Positions 46,534 through 56,600 of a stretch of DNA of 64,000 nucleotides are shown piece by piece. The notes below the pieces were generated by a model, which was given only the letters and a program-made list of their open reading frames with translations, was not told the origin of the DNA and did not search any database. Source of the DNA: an uncultured virus (IMG/VR IMGVR_UViG_3300006137_000106) (lineage: Duplodnaviria; Heunggongvirae; Uroviricota; Caudoviricetes); the IMG/VR virus record IMGVR_UViG_3300006137_000106. One strand, written 5' to 3'. Made by a program: the position numbers and the translations under genes. Position 1 is the stretch's first letter; the number at the start of each line of letters is the position of its first letter.

Positions 46534-47562
46534 ATGGCAAAAAGAACAGCAGCAAGCATTCAGGCAGATATTGCAAAGGGTGCTTTCAGACCACATACGG
46601 CGTTATCCAATATGGCACTGGCATATTATCAGAGTGACTCAAAGAGTTTTGCAAAGACGATTTTTCCAATCTGTCCGGTTTCCGTGTCTTCTGATAACTA
46701 TTATATTTTTGACAAGGAAGATTTATTGCGGGATAACTGGCATCGGAAACCAGCATATGGTAAAGTTGACCCAGCAGTGCTCTCCGAACATACAGATACC
46801 TACGCTTGTGTGGTAGACCAGATGATTATGGGGATTGACCAGATTCGGCAGACAGACCTTAATCGTAGAATGGGACCGAAAATAGCAGACCCAAAACAGC
46901 AGCGGACAAAGACAATGGCTGGGCAGGCAAATATTCACCAAGATGCATGGTTTGCCCGTAAATTTTTTACAAAAGGAGTGTGGGGGCAGGAGTTTACAGG
47001 CGTTGATGTTACGACCCCTACATCGGGGCAGTTTATTAAATTTAGCAATGGCAACTCCGATCCTGTGTCCTTTGTTGATGAGAAAAAAACGGCAATGGAA
47101 GAATCTACGGGTCGTATGCCAAATAGATTAGCACTGGGTGTTAATGTATTTAATGCATTGAAGAAACACCCTGCAATTCTGGAAAGAGTAAAATATGGTG
47201 GTTCTACAGCCAACCCTGCATCTGTTACGCTAAATGTACTGGCACAGCTTTTTGGAATTGATAAGATTACAGTGCAGCGGTCAATTATGAATAAAGCAGA
47301 ATTAGGACAGGCTGCAAAGATGGAGTATATCGGTGATCCAAATGCTTTCTTGTTGGCTTATGCAACAGATACACCATCTATCGATGAACCTTCTGCTGGT
47401 TATATTTTTACATGGGACATGTTGGGAAATGGCAATATCCTTCCAATTCTCAATTATCTAGGAGAGAATGGAACGCATTCTGAATTTATTGAGGGGCTTA
47501 TGGCAGCAGATATGAAAAAGACAGCAGACGATTTGGCTATGTTTTTTGCAGATGCAGTTTAA
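46534..47562 (+). CDS. Major capsid protein
   Basis: LSN.ALAY.Q, IFP..PV, PN.L.LG..V..AL..HP.I; size and position. Confidence 0.85.
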   Translation: MAKRTAASIQADIAKGAFRPHTALSNMALAYYQSDSKSFAKTIFPICPVSVSSDNYYIFDKEDLLRDNWHRKPAYGKVDPAVLSEHTDTYACVVDQMIMGIDQIRQTDLNRRMGPKIADPKQQRTKTMAGQANIHQDAWFARKFFTKGVWGQEFTGVDVTTPTSGQFIKFSNGNSDPVSFVDEKKTAMEESTGRMPNRLALGVNVFNALKKHPAILERVKYGGSTANPASVTLNVLAQLFGIDKITVQRSIMNKAELGQAAKMEYIGDPNAFLLAYATDTPSIDEPSAGYIFTWDMLGNGNILPILNYLGENGTHSEFIEGLMAADMKKTADDLAMFFADAV

Positions 47563-47572
47563 GGGGGACACT

Positions 47573-48196
47573 ATGAAATTAATTGCGAATAGACCTTGCA
47601 GCTTTGGCGGCAGGCAGTTTTATATTGGTGATGAAATTCCGGCAAACCTTGTGGCGGATGCTAAGGCGCAACAAAAGATGGGAGTGCTTGCTATTGTAGA
47701 GAATGAAAAAGAGGTATCGGGCGAAGAGTCCGGTGCCTTTTTAAGTTCTGAGGATATGGCAGAATTGCAGGAGTATCGCAAACTTGGCATTACACCTCAG
47801 CAGATGCGAGAAGTAGATGAAAGCTATGCCATACTTGCAAAGGAATTAGACGAGTTGAAGAGTGAAATGTTGTCTATTGGAGAATTTGTTATTCATGCAA
47901 GGGGATGGGATTATGCTGAAAATGGTGGTGTAGCCACCGAAGTGCCTGTTACATCAAATGAAATTAAGATGGTTTTTGGTATCTTGCAAATGACAGCGGA
48001 AGAAAGCATCAAAGCAATTGCAGATGTTAAAGAGGAAAATATTTTGGTACTTCTCTATGCAGCAGACAGCAGAAAAACAGTCAAGAATGCGGCAAAAGAG
48101 CAGGCAGATAAATTATTTTCTACAAAAACAGTTTCAAACGAATCTACAGGCGGTAACGAAGCCATAGGAACCAATACAGAGGGAGTTGATGCCTAA
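47573..48196 (+). CDS. Hypothetical head-associated protein
   Basis: ORF after the capsid gene. Confidence 0.6.
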   Translation: MKLIANRPCSFGGRQFYIGDEIPANLVADAKAQQKMGVLAIVENEKEVSGEESGAFLSSEDMAELQEYRKLGITPQQMREVDESYAILAKELDELKSEMLSIGEFVIHARGWDYAENGGVATEVPVTSNEIKMVFGILQMTAEESIKAIADVKEENILVLLYAADSRKTVKNAAKEQADKLFSTKTVSNESTGGNEAIGTNTEGVDA

Positions 48197-48609
48197 TGGC
48201 AAAAGGTACATACACATATGATCCGGGGAATATTAAGGAACCTGGAAAGGACCGTATGAGGTTTGAACTTGGTGATGTTATGGTAGAAGGTCTTTCTGAC
48301 ACTACAGCACTAACCGACGAAGAAATCCAAGCAGCAATTGAATCTTATCCAAAATCATGGAAAAGAGCAAAGCTTATGCTGTTAGAAAGTCTATGCCGCC
48401 GCTTTGCTTATGAGGTTGATACAAAGACTGGTCCTTTGCAATTATATATGCAAGAAAGAGCAAAGCTGTGGAGAGCAGATTATGATAAACTGAAAAAGGA
48501 AGTATCAGCGGAGTCCTGCAATATACCACAGCTTGGAAATAAGGCATATAATAAACCACCATACTTCTACCTTGGTATGCAGCAGAATGAAAGGGCTAGA
48601 AACAAGTGA
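48196..48609 (+). CDS. Head-tail adaptor-like protein
   Basis: YTYDP..KDRMRFELGD..LTDEEI; position. Confidence 0.65.
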   Translation: MAKGTYTYDPGNIKEPGKDRMRFELGDVMVEGLSDTTALTDEEIQAAIESYPKSWKRAKLMLLESLCRRFAYEVDTKTGPLQLYMQERAKLWRADYDKLKKEVSAESCNIPQLGNKAYNKPPYFYLGMQQNERARNK

Positions 48610-48962
48610 ACAATGCAAGATTAATGTATATAAGACCAGGGAATCTCTTCAAAGATTTTATCATTGAAGAGAATAAACAGGTTGTGACAAGCACAGGAAG
48701 GGTGGCAAATAGCCATAGTGGTGATGGAACAAAAACCTTGAAAGGGTGTCTTGCAGAGGCTTCTGACGAGGATAGGACAAACCATAATCAGAAAGATCAT
48801 GTTATTACACATACCATTGTACAGGCTGGAAGTCCCAAGGCAAAGCGTACTGACAAATTGGTGCTTGGAGAACGTGTGTTTTACATTGTTGATATTGATG
48901 ATACTGGTTCTCTTGATATATCAACAATATATTATGCGGAGGAAAGGCGAGATGCAAAGTGA
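48606..48962 (+). CDS. Head closure-like protein
   Basis: Size, beta-rich, position. Confidence 0.55.
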   Translation: MNNARLMYIRPGNLFKDFIIEENKQVVTSTGRVANSHSGDGTKTLKGCLAEASDEDRTNHNQKDHVITHTIVQAGSPKAKRTDKLVLGERVFYIVDIDDTGSLDISTIYYAEERRDAK

Positions 48963-49417
48963 AATTATGGACAGATGGAAAAAATGGAAGTGCAGGAAGT
49001 GCTATTCGTGCAACGATAAAAGAACAAATATCAGAAGTTAACCGAAGGGTAATTTCCAGAGGAGTTCGTGCAGTAAATGCAATTAGAAATGCCGAACTAG
49101 AAGTGTTAAAAGGGCAGCGGAGTGGAAAAGTTTATAGAAAACCTTATACAAAACACGCAACATACACAGCATCAGCTCCAGGGGAAGCGCCAGCTAGACG
49201 AACAGGCAATCTGCGTATGCATTGGAACGGACAAATAAGAAGCGAAAGTTCCTCCGACGGAGGAGTTGCAATCATAGCAGAGATTGAAAGCCAAGAGTTA
49301 TATGCAGGTATTTTGGAGAATGGAACCTATAAAATAGCACCTAGACCATTTGTAGATAAAATAAAAGAAAAAGCTATACCAGAAATCCAGAAAATTTACA
49401 ATGAGCCTTATACATAA
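48959..49417 (+). CDS. HK97 gp10-like neck/tail-completion protein
   Basis: ASAPGEAPARRTGNLR, YA..LE.GT.KIAPRPF. Confidence 0.8.
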   Translation: MKLWTDGKNGSAGSAIRATIKEQISEVNRRVISRGVRAVNAIRNAELEVLKGQRSGKVYRKPYTKHATYTASAPGEAPARRTGNLRMHWNGQIRSESSSDGGVAIIAEIESQELYAGILENGTYKIAPRPFVDKIKEKAIPEIQKIYNEPYT

Positions 49418-49428
49418 GGGGGTAAAAT

Positions 49429-49752
49429 ATGTCATTGATAATAGAGAAACCGACAACTGCTTTCGATATGTCTCAAATTAAGCGTGGAGATTTGTTTTGG
49501 GGGAAACATTATACATGGAATGAGGGAAAAGCAGGGTTTGTAACATCAGCAGCAGAGGACCAACTAATTGTGCAGTATTACCCCGGAATTGGAAATGTAA
49601 CAAACCATTTTATGATTCCTGTGGCTGAGGTAGTAAGCGGGCAATGGGAAATCAGATGGTCGACTGATATGTCGGAAGTATTTGAGTATGGCATTCAGGC
49701 AGACAAAGAACAGCAGGAAACGAAAGGAGATGAGGGAGAAAGTGAAGCTTGA
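49429..49752 (+). CDS. Hypothetical protein
   Basis: ORF in the late operon. Confidence 0.6.
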   Translation: MSLIIEKPTTAFDMSQIKRGDLFWGKHYTWNEGKAGFVTSAAEDQLIVQYYPGIGNVTNHFMIPVAEVVSGQWEIRWSTDMSEVFEYGIQADKEQQETKGDEGESEA

Positions 49753-50617
49753 GGAATTGATTTATAAAAGGTTTATTAATTCAGTGAATCTTGTAAAGCA
49801 TCTTGCAATATTTTCTGGGGCACCTGCTGTTTTTAGCCCAGAACCGCCAGAAGAAAGCCAGGAAGGGTGGGGCGGCAATACACAGTATCCAATGATTGTC
49901 TACAATTTTGACCTACAGGCAAATGAAGAAAGACACAGTGCTGGTACATTGTCTGTATCATTATTATGTCAAAACACAACAGAAATCATACCAGAGGCGA
50001 TTGAACCACTGGTAAGGGACTGCCTGCGAGATGTAGTCTTAAAGCCAGCAGAAGGCACACCATACTGTTTTACATGGGCGAGGACAGATGCCTTCACTAT
50101 AGATAGTGAAAAAGGGAATGTAACAATTGGAAGTGAAGTGCGGTTTGACATTCTGGAATACCCTTCCCAAGAAACATCTGACCCTGATCCAATTATGGCA
50201 GTTAATAAGTACATCAAAGAACTATGTCCGGAATGCCTGATTATCGGATATGACAGAATGGAAGAGATAACAGAAGCAACAACAGAAAAACCAATAGTTT
50301 ATTGTAGGCTAGTATCAATAGAGAAATCTACAGAAACGAATACAGTTGCTTGGATGGACAGTAGAATTGCTGTCCATATTTTATGTCCAGATAATGAATT
50401 GAGAATAAAAATCACAGGAATTATTGCACAAAAAGTATCTCTTGATGGAGAAATTATTATGCTGGATTACTCGCCTATGTTTGTAAAACACTTGCAGGTA
50501 AACTATAAGGCCGACTACTTGAAAGAAGGTCAGATTTTTGTAACGGGTCATTATGGGCTGCTAAGATACAAAGCAAAAGGGCATACGTTAACAGCCGCCC
50601 ATACAAAGTATTTATAA
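49742..50617 (+). CDS. Tail terminator-like protein
   Basis: Position before the sheath; YP.IVY pattern. Confidence 0.5.
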   Translation: MKLEELIYKRFINSVNLVKHLAIFSGAPAVFSPEPPEESQEGWGGNTQYPMIVYNFDLQANEERHSAGTLSVSLLCQNTTEIIPEAIEPLVRDCLRDVVLKPAEGTPYCFTWARTDAFTIDSEKGNVTIGSEVRFDILEYPSQETSDPDPIMAVNKYIKELCPECLIIGYDRMEEITEATTEKPIVYCRLVSIEKSTETNTVAWMDSRIAVHILCPDNELRIKITGIIAQKVSLDGEIIMLDYSPMFVKHLQVNYKADYLKEGQIFVTGHYGLLRYKAKGHTLTAAHTKYL

Positions 50618-50628
50618 GGAGGGACCAC

Positions 50629-50868
50629 ATGGCAAAAGAAACAAAAAATGTAGAAACAATTGAAACTGCACAGAACAGAAGCCCATCTGCAAAAGTTCCA
50701 GAGGAATCTGTCTATAAGGTGGAGGAACTTGCAGCAAATGCCAAAACTGTATTTGGCACAAGACCAGAGTGTATAACAGCCGCTTTAAAAGAGGGTGGAA
50801 AAAAGGAATACACTGTGTCTGAAGCAAAAGTAGTAGTACAGAAATTTTTGAAAAAGGAGGTAAAGTAG
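50629..50868 (+). CDS. Small hypothetical protein preceding the sheath
   Basis: AGGAGG RBS; EYTVSEAK...KFLKKEVK. Confidence 0.65.
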   Translation: MAKETKNVETIETAQNRSPSAKVPEESVYKVEELAANAKTVFGTRPECITAALKEGGKKEYTVSEAKVVVQKFLKKEVK

Positions 50869-50869
50869 A

Positions 50870-52279
50870 GTGGCTGGTACATTTATGTTAGGAGAAACAA
50901 AGGTGCGCCCTGGTTCCTACTTCAATATTCAGAGGAAAGGTTCAAACGCGACAGCAGGTATTTTAAATGGAATAACAGCCGTCATCTTCCGAGCAGACTT
51001 TGGACCGCTTAATGAAGCGGTAGAATTATCAGTAGAAGATGGTTACGAAGGAATATTTGGAATTGGACTTACCACAGATGCGTTAAGGGAAGCATTTGCA
51101 GGTGGAGCAAAAACTATTATTGCCTGTCGTGTTGGTAACGGAGGCAGACAAGGAACAATTACATTAAAAGACAAAGATGATATGGAGGCTGTCACTATTA
51201 CAGCAAAATATCCGGGAGATAAGGATTTTACAGTGACAATCCGCGAAAAGCTTTCCGATTCTAGCTTAAAAGAGTGTATTGTTTACACAGGTACAACACA
51301 GTTTGAAAAGTTGGAATTTGCAGCCGGTGTGGGAGAGGTAAAGGCTCTTGTGGAGGCTTTTGCTACATCTAAAAATTTCAAGGCTGAGGCAAAAGAGAGA
51401 GAAGATGAAAAAATTGTAGCCAATGTGTTACAGAGTGTTTTCACAAAAGGAACAAATCCAGAAGTGACAAGCGGGGATTATTCCAATGCATTTGCACAAG
51501 TGGAACCATTTGAGTACAATACGATTTGTGTTGACACAGAGGAAACCTCAATCCACATGCTTCTACAGTCTTTTATTAACCGTATTTTTGATGCTGGCTC
51601 TCTGACACAGGCAGTTATAGCAGAAAAACAGTCTGTTGACTTAGAGACTAGAATTATGCACGCAGCATCTTTCAACGATGAAAAGATAAACTATGTGCTG
51701 AATGCAAAGGTTGATGAACAGGGTGTAATTATTGACGGTTATCAGACAGCGGCAAGGATTGCTGGTATGATTGGCGCATGTGCCTCCAACTCGTCGCTAA
51801 CGCATACGGTAATTAACGGCTTTTCTGAGTTAAAGGAGAGTTTGTCTAATACAGATATGATTGCCGCAGAGAAAAAAGGCTGTATTGTACTTAGCTATAA
51901 TAAGTCAAAGCAAGTGTGGATTGACAATGCAATCAATACCCTTATAACTCCAGCAGACAACCAAGATGATGGCTGGAAGAAAATCCGCAGGGTAAAAACC
52001 CGTTTCGAGCTGATTCGCAGGATTAACAACACCGCCGACGATTTAGTGGGAAAAGTTGATAATGACACAAACGGCAGGCAGACAGTAATTAGCCAGCTAC
52101 AGGGTGTTGGTGATGACATGAAAGCTGAGGGTAAATTAGTAGCTTGCACAGTAACGGAGAGTAGTGCCTATTTATCAGATGGAGACAGCGCGTGGTTTGA
52201 CATTGATGTAATTGATAAAGACAGCATGGAACATATCTATCTGACATTTACTTTCCGTTTTAGTACAAGGGAAGAGTAG
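50870..52279 (+). CDS. Tail sheath protein (XkdK-like)
   Basis: MAGTF..GETKVRPGSYF, ITAKYPG, AARIAG, AINTL, WKKIRRV. Confidence 0.92.
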   Translation: MAGTFMLGETKVRPGSYFNIQRKGSNATAGILNGITAVIFRADFGPLNEAVELSVEDGYEGIFGIGLTTDALREAFAGGAKTIIACRVGNGGRQGTITLKDKDDMEAVTITAKYPGDKDFTVTIREKLSDSSLKECIVYTGTTQFEKLEFAAGVGEVKALVEAFATSKNFKAEAKEREDEKIVANVLQSVFTKGTNPEVTSGDYSNAFAQVEPFEYNTICVDTEETSIHMLLQSFINRIFDAGSLTQAVIAEKQSVDLETRIMHAASFNDEKINYVLNAKVDEQGVIIDGYQTAARIAGMIGACASNSSLTHTVINGFSELKESLSNTDMIAAEKKGCIVLSYNKSKQVWIDNAINTLITPADNQDDGWKKIRRVKTRFELIRRINNTADDLVGKVDNDTNGRQTVISQLQGVGDDMKAEGKLVACTVTESSAYLSDGDSAWFDIDVIDKDSMEHIYLTFTFRFSTREE

Positions 52280-52290
52280 GAGGATAGCTT

Positions 52291-52752
52291 ATGAGAAATG
52301 AAAGAGCAGCAGGTGATTCCAGACATGCAAGAACCGGTAAAGATGGAGCATTCTACAATAAAGATGGGGTTATGCTTGCAACTGTGGAGCAGTTTACGTC
52401 GAATGTTAATTGGAATAATAGTAAATATAATGTGCTTGGAGATGCACAGGAACATGAGACGGCGAATACTTTTTCTGTTAGTCTTACCATGTCGCAGATT
52501 GTAGTAGAAGATGATGAATTTATTGTTGAGCTTATGACCGCATTGGAGACACAGGTTATGCCAGTATGGGACTTTCAGGGTTCTCTTTTAGGGAGAAATG
52601 GATCGGAAGAGCGTGTAATCTATCGAGATTGTATTCCTTCAGGGCAGGTGGACATTCAGAATGTTTCTGTAGGTGATGTAATTAAGCGCAACTGGAATTT
52701 CTTTGTGAACAAGGCGCCGAAGTTACAGACCTTACTTAGTATCGACAGTTAG
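52291..52752 (+). CDS. Tail tube protein (XkdM-like)
   Basis: Follows the sheath; size; EERVIYRDC. Confidence 0.85.
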   Translation: MRNERAAGDSRHARTGKDGAFYNKDGVMLATVEQFTSNVNWNNSKYNVLGDAQEHETANTFSVSLTMSQIVVEDDEFIVELMTALETQVMPVWDFQGSLLGRNGSEERVIYRDCIPSGQVDIQNVSVGDVIKRNWNFFVNKAPKLQTLLSIDS

Positions 52753-52775
52753 TAAAAATTTAAGTAACAACGATG

Positions 52776-52803
52776 GAGAGTGGCAGGGTGTCACTCTCTT
52801 TTA
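52776..52803 (+). terminator. Rho-independent terminator after the tube gene
   Basis: GAGAGTGGCA-GGG-TGTCACTCTC followed by T run. Confidence 0.65.
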
Positions 52804-52915
52804 TTATGCGTAGACCTGTGCAGAGGGAATATGCCATTAAAGTAGTGCACCGGTCGCGCGATAAGTAGGGGAAACAACTTTCCCTACCTTGATTACAGAG
52901 TTGGAGGAAAATCAG

Positions 52916-53479
52916 ATGTCAAAAGAATTTGTAAAAGGTGTAACGAGAAGAGAAAGTGAGCCTGAAGTAGAAAGTACGCAACACATAGGAGAATATGAGA
53001 CAGATACAAAAGATACTCAAGCATTGATGCGGGCAAATGAAGAGGATTTTATACAGGGACTGATTGCTGCGGCAAAGTTCGTGTCTGAGGAAACGCAGCG
53101 CATTGAGATTATTCGGGATAAGAGGCTGTTCTTTGCATTCAATATTCGCCCCCTTAGTTCACAGGAATATGAGAAGTGTAAAAGAAAGCATACCAAGTAT
53201 GTGCGCAATAAGCAGCTTGGAATGAAACTGCCAGAGGAGACAGACCGGATTAAATATCAATCTGCGATTATTTATGAGGCGACAGTGGCAGAAGATAGGG
53301 CGAAACTGTGGGATAACCGTAAAATATGGGAGGCGCTAAACGCTAAAAAAGACCGTATTATGAACGGTTTGGACGTGATTGAATATACACTTAAAGCTGG
53401 GGAAAAAGACAGGATTTTGGAAGCAATCGACAAGCTGAGTGGGTATGAAGACAATCTGGAGGACGTAATAAAAAACTAA
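52916..53479 (+). CDS. Tail assembly chaperone (XkdN-like) with a -1 frameshift extension to 53652
   Basis: L.AGEKD.I...I.KLSGY; slippery A_AAA_AAC at 53470-53476 just before the stop. Confidence 0.85.
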   Translation: MSKEFVKGVTRRESEPEVESTQHIGEYETDTKDTQALMRANEEDFIQGLIAAAKFVSEETQRIEIIRDKRLFFAFNIRPLSSQEYEKCKRKHTKYVRNKQLGMKLPEETDRIKYQSAIIYEATVAEDRAKLWDNRKIWEALNAKKDRIMNGLDVIEYTLKAGEKDRILEAIDKLSGYEDNLEDVIKN

Positions 53480-53626
53480 TTTGTGCAGGGGGAAAAACCT
53501 GTCTGTTACACCACATTTTTCAGACAACAGGCATTACCCCTGATGAATTTTATAAAAAGCCAGAAGGCATACAAAAATTTATACTTGCCTCTATGAGAGT
53601 AACCGTAGAATCACGAATGAAAGTAG

Positions 53627-56600
53627 GTGAGGATAATAGCACAGACACTTAAAATTGAAATACCAATCGAGACTGTAGATAAGACAGAACCTGAGCTGTC
53701 AAATCTGATTCGAAAAATAGGAAAACTAGAGGAGGCAGCAGAGAAAACAGGAAATTCTTCCAAGAAGGCAGGAGAACAGGTTTCCCAGTTTGACAGACAG
53801 GCCCAAAAAACAGAGAAAAGTCTGGCAAGCTGGGCGAAAGAAAAATATCAAATCTTGCTGGAGGCGAAAGAAAAAATTACTCCAATTATCTCCAAAATCG
53901 GAAATGGTCTAAGAAGTTTCGCTGGAAAAACGTGGAGTGTTACTATGCGAGCCGCTGACTTTATTACTTCACCTGTAAGGGGGATTATAAACCTGTTGAA
54001 AAATCCTATTTTTCAAGCTGGGGCAGTTCTTGGAGTCAGTATAGGATTAAAAGATACAATAGATACCTATAAGGGCTTTGAGGCTGCCATGTCACAGGTG
54101 GAAGCTATAAGCGGCGCTACTGGTTCGGAAATGGTAAAATTGACCAATAAGGCAAAGGAAATGGGTGCCACAACTAAATTCACGGCTTCCGAATCAGCAG
54201 AAGCGTTTAATTACATGGCTATGGCAGGCTGGAAGACAGAGGATATGCTTGGCGGGATTGAAGGAATCCTCAATCTTGCCGCAGCATCAGGAGAGAGTCT
54301 TGGTACAACATCTGACATTGTGACTGATGCATTAACCGCCTTTGGAATGAAGGCAAGTGAAGCGGGGCATTTTGCTGACGTTATGGCGGTAGCAGCATCG
54401 AACTCCAATACAAACGTTTCTTTGATGGGAGAGACCTTTAAATATGCAGGGGCTATGGCTGGAACACTGAAATATTCTATTGAAGATGTTGCACTGGCAA
54501 CTGGGTTGATGGCGAATACAGGAGTTAAAGGTAGTATGGCAGGTACAGCGTTAAATTCTATATTTACTAGACTGTCTACAAATACAAATGGTGCTACTGA
54601 TGCGCTAAAGAAATTGGGTGTAGAATTTTATAATTCAGATAAAACTGCCAGACCACTTAAAGAGGTTATGGATGACTTACGAGCAGCAACAGAAGATTTT
54701 AAGCCTGCACAGAAATCAATGATTGCTAATACAATAGCAGGGACATATGCACAAAAAGGACTGATTGCAATTTTAAATGCGTCTACAGAGGATTATGAAA
54801 AGCTGTCTAAGGCTGTAAATAATGCAGATGGAGCTGCTGCAAATATGGCTGAAATTATGATGGATAATCTGCAGGGTTCGATTAAAATACTGCAGAGCGC
54901 CGTGGATGGGGTAAAGCTCTCTTTTGGGGAGAGACTATCGCCATATGTGAGAAATCTTGCTGAATGGCTTACTGCTCAGATGCCTGTAGTAGAACAGGGA
55001 TTAAATGAATTTATGGACTGGGTTGACGGGAAAATTGACCAGATGCAGAGGAAATTCAATGCGATTGCAGATACAAAGGAGTGGCAAGATGCAGATTTCT
55101 TCGGAAAGGTCAAGATAGCTTGGGACGAATTTATTGCTGAACCATTCTTAGAGTGGTGGAACAGCACTGGCAAAGTAAAATTTGCAGAGTTTGCACAGAG
55201 TATTGGTAATGGAATTGGAGCAGGATTAAAGTCTGGCATTATGACGCTGTTAGGAATAGATATTAGTGAAACTTTAGATGAAGGGGTAAGTATTGGTGCT
55301 GCATTTGCAAAAGGATTTTCACAAGGATTTGATTTTGATTCAATTTCAGGAGGCTTATGGCAGGGATTTAAAAGTATGGTTTCCAGTGCAGGGAAGCTGC
55401 TGCCAGGTGGCGAGTCAGCAGGTTTATCCTCTATTTTATCAGCGGTTATGCTTAGTAAGATTGCCGCCCCGTTTATTGGTATGGGAAGAGGAGCGACAAG
55501 TCTTGGAAAAGGGCTGTTTGGAATAAATCCAGAAACGGGAACCTCACTTATGGGTTCTTTTCTAGGATCAGCAGCGTCAGGTACAGGGTTGCTCGGAAAG
55601 TCTGCTATGCTGGCAATCAATTTAGGAGCCGGGAACTTGGCGGGCGGTGCATCCATGAGTACCGGAGCATTGGCGGCGACCGGATTGGGAGCTGGTATTG
55701 GTACGGTTGCGGCAGGCGCTACACTAATAAGTAGTGCGCTGGACGCATACAAGGCAATTAAATCAGACAATAAGGAAGAATCGAAAGCCTATGGAGAATC
55801 AGCAGCATGGAAAGCCGGAGGAGTTGCGGCAGGTGCTGCAACCGGTGCAGCGATAGGCACTATTATTCCTATTCCTGGAATTAGCACAGCGGTAGGTGCT
55901 TTAATTGGTGCTGGTGTTGGCGGTATTACCGGTTGGATTAAGGGAAACAAGATAAAGGAAGAATACCAGGAAAATGTAGAGGAAATGCAAAAGGAAGCGG
56001 AAAAGGCACAGAAAGTCTTTCAAGCTACGGGATTGGCAATTGAAGATGTTAAATTTAAGAATGAAGCATTGACGCAGGCTATGAATGATGCAGGGGTTTC
56101 TGCTTCCCAGTTCGCGGTAATGTTTCAGGAAGAATGTGCGAATGTGGCTAAGAGAGCTTTTGGGGATATTTCCTTGTCTTTAAAAGAAGTAAAGAAAGTT
56201 GCAAGCGAAATCACCTTTGCCGGAATGGCAAAGGAATTAGATGAGTTTGCAAATGTAGTGGCTAATACAGAAGAGGGGTTTAATAACCTAAAATCTTCTG
56301 TAACAAATCTGAAAAAGGAAAACTGGAAGGTAGGTCTTGGAATGGAGCTGTCTGAAACAGATAAGGACAGTTACAGGGGTGCAGTTGAAAACTTCCTAAG
56401 CACAAGCCAGGATTTCATTGATAATAACCATTACCAAGCAACAGTTGCTTTGAAACTGCTGACAGGAGAAGAGGCAGATACTACCAATCTGGATAGTTAC
56501 TATGGCTGCTTGAAAAGCCAGCTTGAGGATTTAGGTACAAAACTAGCGGATTCCATGAATGCTGCTTTGGAGGATAGTATAATTACTCCAGACGAAGCCA

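Noticed and set aside
54976..55770. 264-aa minus-strand ORF (and similar shadow ORFs at 8404, 16243, 26124, 44175)
   Set aside because: Antisense shadows of well-supported genes, with no RBS or recognisable motifs
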